This document shows, one piece after another, positions 12,901 through 25,048 of a DNA stretch of 64,000 nucleotides. The stretch is taken from assembly GCA_950097015.1 (NCBI GenBank), contig CATNEN010000038.1, positions 10,168,001 through 10,232,000 on the forward strand. Direction: 5' to 3'. This DNA is from Macrostomum hystrix (lineage: Eukaryota; Animalia; Platyhelminthes). Position 1 is the first letter of the stretch, and the number at the start of each line of letters is the position of its first letter. A model generated the notes under the pieces. The model had not been told where the DNA came from and searched no databases. It saw only the letters and a program-made list of their open reading frames with translations. A program made the position numbers and the translations under genes.

Positions 12901-15900
12901 AATAAGAATCGTCTCCTCAAGAATCCTGTCCTCAAGAATAAGAATCGTGTCCTCAAGAATAAGAATCGTCTCTTCAAGAATAAGAATCGTCTCCTCAAGA
13001 ATAAGAATCGTGTCCTCAAGAATAAGAATCGTCTCCTCAAGAATAAGAATCGTCTCCTCAAGAATAAGAATCGTCTCCTCAAGAATAAGAATCGTCTCCT
13101 CAAGAATAAGAATCGTCTCCTCAAGAATAAGAATCGTCTCCTCAAGAATAAGAATCGTCTCCTCAAGAATAAGAATCGTCTCCTCAAGAATAAGAATCGT
13201 CTCCCCAAGAATAAGAATCGTCTCCTCAAGAATCGTCTCCTCAAGAATCCTGTCCTCAAGAATAAGAATCGTGTCCTCAAGAATAAGAATCGTCTCTTCA
13301 AGAATAAGAATCGTCTCCTCAAGAATAAGAATCGTCTCCTCAAGAATAAGAATCGTCTCCTCAAGAATAAGAATCGTCTCCTCAAGAATAAGAATCGTCT
13401 CCTCAAGAATAAGAATCGTCTCCTCAAGAATAAGAATCGTCTCCTCAAGAATAAGAATCGTCTCCTCAAGAATAAGAATCGTCTCCTCAAGAATAAGAAT
13501 CGTCTCCTCAAGAATAAGAATCGTCTCCTCAAGAATAAGAATCGTCTCCTCAAGAATAAGAATCGTCTCCTCAAGAATAAGAATCGTCTCCTCAACAATA
13601 AGAATCGTCTCCTCAAGAATAAGAATCGTCTCCTCAAGAATAAGAATCGTCTCCTCAAGAATAAGAATCGTCTCCTCAAGAATAAGAATCGTGTCCTCAA
13701 GAATAAGAATCGTCTCCTCAAGAATAAGAATCGTCTCCTCAAGAATAAGAATCGTCTCCTCAAGAATAAGAATCGTCTCCTCAAGAATAAGAATCGTCTC
13801 CTCAAGAATAAGAATCGTCTCCTCAAGAATAAGAATCGTCTCCTCAAGAATAAGAATCTTCTCCTCAACAATAAGAATCGTCTCCTCAAGAATAAGAATC
13901 GTCTTCTCAAGAATCGTCTCCTCAAGAATAAGAATCGTCTCCTCAAGAATAAGAATCGTCTCTTCAAGAATAAGAATCGTCTCCTCAAGAATCGTCTCCT
14001 CAAGAATAAGAATCGTCTCTTCAAGAATAAGAATCGTCTCTTCAAGAATAAGAATCGTCTCATCAAGAATAAGAATCGTCTCCTCAAGAATAAGAATCGT
14101 CTCCTCAAGAATAAGAATCGTCTCCTCAAGAATAAGAATCGTCTCCTCAAGAATAAGAATCGTCTCCTCAAGAATAAGAATCGTCTCCTCAAGAATAAGA
14201 ATCGTCTCCTCAAGAATAAGAATCGTCTCCTCAAGAATAAGAATCGTCTCCTCAAGAATAAGAATCGTCTTCTCAAGAATAAGAATCGTCTCATCAAGAA
14301 TAAGAATCGTCTCTTCAAGAATAAGAATCGTCTCCTCAAGAATAAGAATCGTCTCCTCAAGAATAAGAATCGTCTCCTCAAGAATAAGAATCGTCTCCTC
14401 AAGAATAAGAATCGTCTCCTCAAGAATAAGAATCGTCTCCTCAAGAATAAGAATCGTCTCCTCAAGAATAAGAATCGTCTCCTCAAGAATAAGAATCGTC
14501 TCCTCAAGAATAAGAATCGTCTCCTCAAGAATAAGAATCGTCTTCTCAAGAATAAGAATCGTCTCATCAAGAATAAGAATCGTCTCTTCAAGAATAAGAA
14601 TCGTCTCCTCAAGAATAAGAATCGTCTCCTCAAGAATAAGAATCGTCTCCTCAAGAATAAGAATCGTCTCATCAAGAATAAGAATCGTCTCCTCAAGAAT
14701 AAGAATCGTCTCCTCAAGAATAAGAATCGTCTCCTCAAGAATAAGAATCGTCTCCTCAAGAATAAGAATCGTCTCCTCAAGAATAAGAATCGTCTCCTCA
14801 AGAATAACAATCGTCTCCTCAAGAATAAGAATCGTCTCCTCAAGAATAAGAATCGTCTCATCAAGAATAAGAATCGTCTCCTCAAGAATAAGAATCGTCT
14901 CCTCAAGAATAAGAATCGTCTCTTCAAGAATAAGAATCGTCTCTTCAAGAATAAGAATCGTCTCCTCAACAATAAGAATCGTCTCCTCAAGAATAAGAAT
15001 CGTCTCCTCGAGAATAAGAATCGTCTCTTCAAGAATAAGAATCGTCTCTTCAAGAATAAGAATCGTCTCTTCAAGAATAAGAATCGTCTCCTCAAGAATA
15101 AGAATCGTCTTCTCAAGAATCGTCTCCTCAAGAATAAGAATCGTCTCTTCAAGAATAAGAATCGTCTCTTCAAGAATAAGAATCGTCTCTTCAAGAATAA
15201 GAATCGTCTCTTCAAGAATAAGAATCGTCTCTTCAAGAATAAGAATCGTCTCTTCAAGAATAAGAATCGTCTCTTCAAGAATAAGAATCGTCTCATCAAG
15301 AATAAGAATCGTCTCGTCAAGAATAAGAATCGTCACCTCAAGAATAAGAATCGTCTCCTCAAGAATAAGAATCGTCTCCTCAAGAATAAGAATCGTCTCT
15401 TCAAGAATAAGAATCGTCTCTTCAAGAATAAGAATCGTCTCGTCAAGAATAAGAATCGTCTCGTCAAGAATAAGAATCGTCTCTTCAAGAATAAGAATCG
15501 TCTCGTCAAGAATAAGAATCGTCTCCTCAAGAATAAGAATCGTCTCCTCAAGAATAAGAATCGTCTCCTCAAGAATAAGAATCGTCTCCTCAAGAATAAG
15601 AATCGTCTCTTCAAGAATAAGAATCGTCTCTTCAAGAATAAGAATCGTCTCGTCAAGAATAAGAATCGTCTCCTCAAGAATAAGAATCGTCTCCTCAAGA
15701 ATAAGAATCGTCTTCTCAAGAATCGTGTCCTTTAGAATCGTCTTCTATAGAATCTTGTCATCAAGAATCCCACGGTACTTAAGAACCTTCTGAAAAACTG
15801 TGTCCTGAACCTTCTCAGGAATTGTCTTATGAATCGTCCCAGGAGTCGTCTCCGTAACAATTCTAAAAGGCAATTTGGAAATAAAAATTTTAAAAGAGCA

Positions 15901-18900
15901 AAAATTTTGCTATTTTACTCGCCGCTCTCACCTGTGGGGAGCCGATCGTACTGGTAGATGACGGGGTGCAAGAAGTTGCAGAGATGAGCACCTTCAACGT
16001 CGCAGCTGGCCCGATCCTCGCGGAATGTGTCTGCCCGCGGACCGGAGAAGTTGCGACCGTACTCGAAAACGAAGACTAGCACGGGTCCGTCGACTTTATG
16101 ACCGGTGATTTGCGGAAGGTTGCTGAGCAGTCGGACAGGTACCTCCTCCAGCAGTGTGAATGCGGTCCTGTCACTGAGGAGAGAAGCTTCATGTGGTTAA
16201 TAAAACTTCTTCAATTTCCATTCTCTTTTTGCAGGTCTTGAAAATCTCTTTATATATGTCATGCCATTGCTATTACAATATACATATTAAATTCTTTCAA
16301 CGATTTCAGAATATTAGCTTCTCCTGCGATTCCAGAATATTAGCTTCTCCTTCGATTCCATTATATTAGCAACTCCAATGATTCCAGAATATTAGCTTCT
16401 CCTACGATTCCAGGATATTAGCTTCTCCTACGATTCCAGAATATTAGCTTCTCCTACGATTCCAGAATATTTGCTTCTCCTTCGATTCCAGGATATTAGC
16501 ATCTCCTACGATTCCAGAATATTAGCTTCTCCTTCGATTCCAGTATATTAGCTTCTCCTTCGATTCCATTATATTAGCAACTCCAATGATTCCAGAATAT
16601 TAGCTTCTCCTTCGATTCCATTATATTAGCAACTCCAATGATTCCAGAATATTAGCATCTCCTACGATTCCAGAATATTAGCTTCTCCTTCGATTCCAGT
16701 ATATTAGCTTCTCCTTCGATTCCATTATATTAGCAACTCCAATGATTCCAGAATATTAGCTTCTCCTTCGATTCCATTATATTAGCAACTCCAATGATTC
16801 CAGAATATTAGCTTCTCCTTCGATTCCAGTATATTAGCAACTCCAATGATTCCAGAATATTAGCTTCTCCTTCGATTCCATTATATTAGCAACTCCAATG
16901 ATTCCAGAATATTAGCTTCTCCTTCGATTCCAGTATATTAGCTTCTCCTTCGATTCCATTATATTAGCAACTCCTACGATTCCAGAATATTAGCAACTCC
17001 TTCGATTCCAGAATATTAGCTTCTCCTTCGATTCCATTATATTAGCTTCTCCTTCGATTCCATTATATTAGCAACTCCTACGATTCCAGAATATTAGCAA
17101 CTCCTTCGATTCCAGAATATTAGCTTCTCTTTCGATTCCAGAATATTAGCAACTCCAATGATTCCAGTATATTAGCTTCTCCTACGATTCCAGTATATTA
17201 GCTTCTCCTTCGATTCCATTATATTAGCAACTCCTACGATTCCAGAATATTAGCTTCTCCTTCGATTCCATTATATTAGCTTCTCCTACGATTCCAGAAT
17301 ATTAGCAACTCCTACGATTCCAGAATATTAGCAACTCCTTCGATTCCAGAATATTAGCAACTCCTTCGATTCCAGAATATTAGCTTCTCTTTCGATTCCA
17401 GAATATTAGCCTTTCCTACGATTCCAGAATATTAGCTTCTCTTTCGATTCCAGAATATTAGCTTCTCCTGCGATTCCAGAATATTAGCTTCTCCTACGAT
17501 TCCAGAACATTATATTCTCCTACGGTTTTAAAAAATGTAAAAAAACAAAGTTAAAAGCTGCAGATAGAATCCAGTGGGCCAGAACTTGAAAACCGCGTGG
17601 GCGGCCTTTCTGGATAATTAAACAAATCGCGGGTCGCATTCAGGTCAGCCTGATGTGGATGGCTTAAAATGAAATGAGCATCCGCTGGAGCTAGACATGG
17701 GCTACCTGCTTTGCAGTTGATTTTAATTAAGCTGCCACTGTCATTATTTTTCATTCCACAGGACAAATTGCTAGTCTAAAACAGTTTCTCACCGATTAAG
17801 CAGCACAATGTCCCCTAGGAAGGCGAACATCTGGTAGGTGCCTGATCCCTCGTTAATCCTTTTGATCAGGGCGTCCAACAGTCCGCCGACAGGTCGGTTA
17901 GTCACAGTCGCAGGCCACCGCTCCCCGTGGTTTTTGAACCGCAGCAGCCGATGCAGCGCCCGTGCTGTGTACCGGAATCCGTGTACAAAGCCGCCAGCCG
18001 ACTGCCGAAAGTCCAGACTGTGCACCCCGGCGCCGGCGAAGTAGATCCCAGGCGCGTCCAACGATTCGAAATTGTTGCCAATTTTCGGATACTTGCCTCG
18101 GTACACGGAGGTCAGGTTTAGTCCTGCCGTGGGCCCGCTGTCCCACACGAAGCCAGTGGCTCGGATCGCCATGTCGTAGCAGTAGGACCTGGTACCCGAC
18201 TCCCAAGCGGTGTCAGGACTGAGCCTGCTAGCCACAATGTCTGGCAGCTCTTCGTCATCGTCGTACATCATGCAGAGCTCACCTTTGGAGTTCTTATTGA
18301 GATGAATCGAATCTGATTGCGAGTAAGAGACACGAGACAACGAGTTTTATATTAGATTGAGTTACACGGCAAGGTAAAGAAAGCTTCCTTTCGAAGCTCA
18401 CTGAACTCAAACATTCTATCGAATGACTCACCGAACTCAAACATTCCATCGAGTGACTTCAGCTGGTATGTGTCCAACAGTTCGTTGTTCACAGCCCGCA
18501 GGTCGCCAACGTAGTGGGTGCTCCAGGCGAAGCGTACAGGATTCCGACCGATCATGTGGATCAGCTTAGTTCGGCCATAGACATGTTGAGCAGTCTCAAA
18601 GCCGGAGTTGCCCTTGCCGATGATGAGCAGTCGCTTGCCCTCAAAGTCGCTCCGGTTGAGCGACACGGCGTCGTAGCCAATCGTCCACTCATGCCCCGGA
18701 AACTCGCCGGGTCGCACGTTGGGTAGACCCGTCGCCATGACAACCACCTCACAGGCATAGATCCGACTGGAGCCCGCAGAATTAAGCGTAGATATGCGAA
18801 AGCCCAATCCGTCGCTAGATCTGGCAACTTCAGTGACGGTCGTGTTGAAGTGGACGGTGAGGTTGTTAGCCCGCCAGTAGTCGTTCAGGTAGGCCACCAT

Positions 18901-19251
18901 GGCCTCTCTGGGCGGAAACAGCTCCTGGCTGTAGCGGCGAAACAGCAGCGGCTTGGCCTGGCCTTCAGTGAGCAGGCTGTTCCAGTCGTGCCGCATGCCG
19001 TACTCCGTGTTGCCAGTGTCCACCCAGCGCTTGTTGATGCTGATGAGCTTGCCGTGACGCGGATACTGTTCAAAGAAGCTACCAGCAATGGGCGATCGCT
19101 CGAGGACGACGTAGCTGGCGGCCGCTGAATGCATCAGCTGGGCTACCTGTAGACCCGCAGGCCCAGCGCCTACAATGCAGTACTGGTAGCCCGCTGAGTC
19201 AGCTGCCCCGGCCACCGCCGTGAGTAGGATGAGCACAATTACGAGCTGCAT
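9994..19251 (-). CDS. FOXRED2: FAD-dependent oxidoreductase domain-containing protein 2 (ERFAD-like), 4 coding exons
   Basis: Exons 19251-18432, 18312-17793, 16173-15932 and 10310-9994, all GT-AG and phase-compatible. Signal peptide, FAD motif IVGAGPAGLQ, FFEQYPRHGKLISINK, RHDWNSLL, IIGKGNSGFE, THYVGDLRAVNNELLDTYQLKSLDG, SAGGFVHGFRYTARALHR, FEYGRNFSGP, NFLHPVIY and C-terminal LPEPDRLLHLAEDF..FLPLAAFLE all match FOXRED2 family motifs as I recall them. Confidence 0.93.
10530..15790. repeat. 5.3-kb minisatellite in FOXRED2 intron 3: 15-bp (AAGAATCGTCTMCTC) block followed by a 21-bp (AAGAATAAGAATCGTCTCCTC)n array
   Basis: Directly visible; lies between FOXRED2 exon 3 (donor at 15931) and exon 4 (acceptor at 10311). 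Confidence 0.98.
16300..17523. repeat. 26-bp minisatellite (GATTCCAGAATATTAGCTTCTCCTTC)n in FOXRED2 intron 2
   Basis: Directly visible, with recurrent variants (CATT/CAGT and CAACTCCAAT). Confidence 0.97.
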
Positions 19252-20225
19252 TGCGAGAAACAGAATCGACTTCAGAGGAACTTTTTCGCATTGCTAAAAG
19301 CTTTAAGTCTCGATTTTTCGAGCGCTGTAATACTCAAACATTGAGCTGTGCTACCTTGCCTTCTCACACCCCCCCGCGAGACAAGCTAACAGAAAGCCAT
19401 CTGCTGTTGGTAAAGCCTCAACTCCATGTCAACAGCTGTTGCAACTCATTCTGTTTTAACGAGTCGATTAATTTCTTCTGCCCCCAAACTGCTATCAGCT
19501 GATTGCACTACTTGGCTACTTCCACTGCTTGACTGTTGGCACAGTTAGCAATGCATATAGAATTCAGCAAATAGTCCGACGGTAGGATACTATTGACAGT
19601 GCTCAAGTTGAATTTAAACTTCAGTTTGCAAAGGTGAGAGTTAAAGGAAAACCGATGCTGGGGTATTGAAATTCAAAGCCCTGATAAAAAACCACTTGGT
19701 CGAACTGTCACTGTCATCTTGATTACTGGGAAAATAGCTGGGAACACAGCTCGTAGCTGTGTCATTGTCATCTATCATGGTGAGATGAACGGTACTAGGC
19801 TGTGCTTGCGGGGGATAACTTGGCGCGTCGGGGGAAAAAAACTGCGAGGAAAGAGAGACGGGAGTTGAGAGACAGTGGCTATAATTATGCCGTCATATCG
19901 GGGACTTTGCAACCACAATGCCGCGACAGACACGCAGTGCGTAGAGGCGGTGGCCGGCTAACTGAGTGCCTCCATCGTCAAATCATCCCTTGCAGCTGGT
20001 GCGGCACTCCTACGCCACTCCATCTATGGCCAATTATTTTTTGTGACGACCGATGGCCTATCCCGGGGGCGGAAATGAAGCTCATTGCTGACGAGGAAAT
20101 GGGAGTTATTTTGGAATGAGACGGGCGGGCCCTATGAGTTAAGCTGACCATAAACATTTTGAGCCTTTACAGAAACGACTTAACAGGAGCTTTCGCAGCA
20201 TTTTCTACAGGATAACAAGGCCCAG

Positions 20226-22909
20226 ATGAAGCACCGTGAGCTGCAAGGCCCGTCGGACTCCAGAGGACGCGAAGAGCGCGCAAGTGACATCCTGTTGCGC
20301 TTCTGCCGAGGCACAAGTCTGCGGGGCATTCCTCGGATTGTAAGCGCAGACAGCCGACCCTACCAGACACTCTGGCTGGTGTTTGTCGCCTCGCTGATGA
20401 TCGGCTGTGCTATCAACTTGCAGCAGATAATTAGTCTCTACCTGGCCTTCGATGTTGTCCAGCTGCCCAGTCACGTGCACCGGTTGGACGCCCAGTTTCC
20501 ATCCATCACAGTCTGCAACCAGGTGCCCCTGTCGTTGCACGGTCGCGAGACAATTTATCGGCATGGTTGGCGGCCGCCGCGTGACTACTGGCGAGCCGTG
20601 AAGCATGCCGCCAGACAGCTGGTCGGCTTGAAGAACCTCAGCGTCGCCGACCGCAGGCAGTTGAATAGCTACCTGCCCGGCTTCTTCTCATTAAACAGCT
20701 ACTTCTCCAACATACCTGCCGGCCACCGGCCCTCAGATCTTGGCTTCACACTCGACCAGCTGGTGTGTGCGAACGCTCTTTTGAGCTTTTTAACTCTTTT
20801 TGACAAATATAAAAATAATAAGTTTGTTGTCAACTCCCGTGTGTACTTTTTGCACTAGTGACGGTACTGATGGTTGGGGTTGGGATTGGGGATTGATTAT
20901 TGAGAGTAAAAGCACCACGTATTTAATAAAATATGGCAAAAGGTGCGTTTTGTGATACCAGCTTACGACAACAAAATTAGAAATTTGAAAACTTTAAACA
21001 CTGCTAGTCCAATGCTGAGAGCTCGACAAGAGTATATCTGTGGTAGAAATGTTAATCTTAATCTGCGATAGAAAGGCTTGTACGGAACATGGCCGCCAGT
21101 GTACGCCTGGTTGATTAAATTGCCTGATTTTGACCGCAGGTTCGCCGGTGCTACCTGACTGTGCTGCACCAAACCAAAACCAGCGGAGGCCGAAGCCGAA
21201 CTGGTCGATCCAGCGGCGAGCTGCCAGTCAGCAGTCCCGCCTGTCAATCAGCGGGAAGCTGGCGTCAGGTTCACGATCAGAGCCGCTTGAACTGTTATAC
21301 CTTCAGCGTTAACACCAGCGATCCCGTCATCGAGATGGAGATGCTGCTGTACTTGGGCCACGAGCTCAGCATCGGCTGCGACGACTGCATGACCATGGAT
21401 CCGAACACGCAGATCATGGGCGCCAGGGTGGTCCTGCACGAGCACGGCAGTTTTCCGGACGTCACAAAGCTGGGATTCAATGTTTATCCGGGCACGCTGA
21501 CCGAAGTTCGCTTCACCAGCGTCAACTGGACCCGCCTGCCGACACCCTACGGCGAGTGCCAGCACTCCGTGCCGAAGCATCTGCGAATATTCGGCCGAAA
21601 CTTTGCCTACTCAATCGACGCTTGCAAGCGGCTGCATCATCAGGAGTACATTGAGCACGAGTGCGGCTGTACCCTGGCCTCCATGCTTCACTCCAATGGG
21701 AACGCATCGACACTGTGCGAACGACTCGACGGTGACTTCAACTCGTTTAGCCTGTGGGGTCTGGTGAGAACGACACGCCGGACTCGATGCGGCTTGCTGG
21801 GATCGTTTCGGCAGGTATGCCTGGGCAAAGTTCTACTCGGGGAGGATTTCCCGGAAAATAGTTAGACTCAAAAGTAGCCAAAGCTTCTAGACCCGTACTA
21901 AGAGATGGCGTGGTGTGTATTGAATCGTAACGGGAATAAAATCAGCAGACTGATTGATTATTAAAAAGGCTTACTGAGCTGGTTCTATTTACCCCCCATC
22001 CTAGGTGGACTATCACTGCCCGCTGCCATGCAACTACATCACGTACGAGGTGTCAACCACCCAGGCATTGTGGCCGCGCGACTCAATGCAATTGCATGTG
22101 TTCAAGAGCGAGCTGCTGCCGCTGCTGCATCACGGTCCGGAGTTTGAGGAGTTTGAAGAGAAGACCGCTGCTCAACGTGAACGGGCACCGGCGCCAAACA
22201 ACTCGGCGAGACAGGCTTACGCTGCCATAAAGCAACTGTACGCGGATGTCATTCAGGCCAATGCAACTAGCAGAGTGAGGCTGTGCAAGTGTCACAATTC
22301 TACTTCAAGTAGTATTTTAAGGGGAAAAGTGTTACTCTTGATTGCATCTCTGAAATCCTCGAGCTTTAAGAATCACTGACCTACTAGCGCTACATGGGTT
22401 TAACCGTAAATCAGTGCTGGGAGCCACCTGTACACTACATATTGTCCTCCTTAACTTCAAAGGCCGCCGCAGCCAAGGTGGTGATCGACAACAAGCTGGT
22501 GTCCCGCAGCTTGCTCACTCTGCGCATCAGCCGGAAGGATTTCAATGTGCTGCAGATTGTTGACAAGCCAGTACGAACCCTGGCCTCCACTGTCAGCCAA
22601 ATCGGCGGTCTGCTGTCCATGTGGATCGGCTTGACCCTGGTGTGGCTAGTCGAGGTGCTGGAGCTACTTATCAAACTAGCTGCTCACTATCGTAACTTTC
22701 TATCGAAGCGAAGGACTGCGTCCTCAAGCCAGCCTGTCGACTCTGAGGCCCAGCAGGTGCAACAGCGACTTCAGCAGTTTCCGCTGGACGCGAGGCGCGG
22801 TTCGCATTCCGAAAGCCACGACGCAGCAGCGGCTGCGACTGACGCGTCGGTAGCTGAGACAGCCAGCTGGGGCTGCTGCGACAGCGAGCGCCGGTCGGAC
22901 TATGTCTGA
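20226..22909 (+). CDS. DEG/ENaC (amiloride-sensitive sodium channel family, possibly FaNaC-like) subunit, 4 coding exons
   Basis: Exons 20226-20762, 21140-21814, 22005-22274 and 22463-22909, all phase 0 GT-AG. Motifs: FCRGTSLRGIPRI, TM1, FPSITVCN, NCYTF, GARVVLHEHGSFP, PGTLTEVRF, RLPTPYGEC, YSIDAC..ECGC, CPLPC..YEV, and TM2 SQIGGLLSMWIGLTLVWLVEVLEL. Confidence 0.92.
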
Positions 22910-25048
22910 TTCGCTGCGGGTTCCGGAATCGAAATATTTCTTTTGCTTTCATTTTTAACCTGAAAACGTAGCTTTATGATGAGCTTGTCCGAGGTTTTGC
23001 ATTATTGCTGTCGTTCGTAGACATGAATTTGCTTTACCTTACAATTACTTTAAAGCCCAGCCGAATGTAATGCATTATCCAATTAAGGAATTTTCAGCTT
23101 GATTCATTTTCATTCTAGCATCTTCAAATGCAAACCATTTCTATAGTAATTTTTTCTGTCAAAACCAAAGAAGAAGCATTTGGCCCTTCTTGAAGCTCGA
23201 TATTTGTTAAAAAAATTACCGAAATTTACTGAATCTTAGATTATGATAATCCATCTCAAACATCGAAGCCAGCTTATCCTTCTTATCGAAAGAGGAATAT
23301 TTTTTAGCAGTTTAAGTGCATCGACGGCCATGAAAGACAAATAAGACAATATAGCTGGTCTACTAGAGTCCACACACAGTCCTTAACAACGAAAAAGAAC
23401 ACAGATCTCTGTTTTGTATACTCAAGAAGTGGAATTTGAAAAGAATCAGATCTGCAAGCCAGACTTTTTGTTTTAAACTGAAGTCCAGGAGATGAGTTGA
23501 GAGAAAAAATACAAACGACTTCACCGGCTGCCAACTGCACCGCCGGCAAGGCAGAAAAAGCGCTAGATACACAGGAGGACCGTGCATCACTCTGACGACA
23601 CATGAGCTTGTTGACAATACTGCCTGCCTACCTCAGCAGAATCCGGGTGGGGAGATTCGGGGCTGAACTGGGCCAGCTGAAGCCGAGATGGCCTTCCTCA
23701 TAGCAGCACTGATGGGAGCTAGCGATGAGTGACGCGACGACCTAGCAGCTTGGAAAAATGTGGCGCATGAGGTTTCCACCCTGGTAGTGGAATTTTTTGG
23801 ACGCTTCCGCGTGGCTTTCAGCACTGGCTTTGATGTGGGTCAAATAAATAACAGGCCTTATAAAGTTAGATTTATGCTATTTTGCCAGCTACTTAGTATA
23901 ACAGCTCAGATATAAAGTTTGCTCACTCAGTAAACTCGGCTTTCCTTTGAAAAGTGGATGGAAGTGATCGTATCGGTAAGCGTGCGTCCCGATTCTCGAT
24001 AGCAGCAGATCAAAATGGGCCATGCTAAATTAGTTGCGGTAATTACCCGCGGCAACCACCGGATCGAATGTAGGTTTATTGAATCACGACCGATATCACA
24101 GATTAGCTACGTTTAAGGATACATTTACTAGTATTCAGCGTACGACGCTTCCTTAAGAAGATACACAGTTGTTTACAGTGGAGCAGGCAGGGCTAGAGAA
24201 GAACGAGTGTACGGTGCAGGAACAAGGTGCTTGAGCGTGAGGTGACCCAGGAGCCGGAATCGGAGCGGTGCCGTGTCGATTCCGCAGCCAGATGGAGTCG
24301 CCCACCTGCTCGGTCATGGTCAGCGGATGGCGGAGGCGGCGGCCCCACATGGGGCAGGCAGAGATGTCGTTGGAGAGTGTACTATACAATTACGCTCGTA
24401 CGAATGCATGCGGTTAATGGCTTGATCAAGATCCTTGTGTGCATCGAGTACTGTCGCTGTGCACAGCTAGCAGATTTGAACGAGCTATCTACATTAAATT
24501 TCATTGGACTCAGCAGTCTCTGGGTCTCATTGATTGGTAAGATTTTTTGTAAGGACGGCATAACGGCATCGATGCAAAACTGCCAAAGCGATATGTTGCG
24601 CTTGAACTTCTGGCAAAGCGGATTGGCTAAATCTTCCTGGCTTCTTCCGCTGAATCTCTTCAGCTCGAGCTCTGCAGCATTCGAAAGATAATTTAAAGAG
24701 TCAAGTGGACCATAAAGCTGAGTTTCAAGTGAAGCGATTAAAGACAGTTTTAGCCCATAAAACCCTTTATCGTCGTCAGAATGCCTTCTGTGAATTTTAT
24801 TAACCTAAGCTTTTTTATGTCATTCGCAATGACATGCGAAAACAACTAACAATCGACTGAAGCCAACTCATTGGTCGACCGTTTTACCGTCCAATCACTG
24901 CAGGCTCGGAAGTCGGAATCTCCCCTGATTTCGGTTAGACGACTTGATAATCTGAACTAGGTAATCCCACCGTCGCTGCTTTCCACCATCATCGATCAGA
25001 AGCAGAACGAATATTTGCTTTTAAATTCTGAACTTTAAAACTCCCGAT

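Noticed and set aside
10527-15793. Giant ORFs of 1468-1597 aa (RRRFLFL, EETILIL, SSRIRIV repeats) as protein-coding genes
   Set aside because: They are an automatic result of 15/21-bp units lacking stops in some frames. The array lies inside FOXRED2 intron 3, whose flanking exons join in phase.
16300-17523. CRISPR-like array (also considered for the 22-26-bp repeats at 38995, 42155 and 62384)
   Set aside because: Units are directly adjacent with no unique spacers, there are no cas genes, and the context is a eukaryotic intron or intergenic region.
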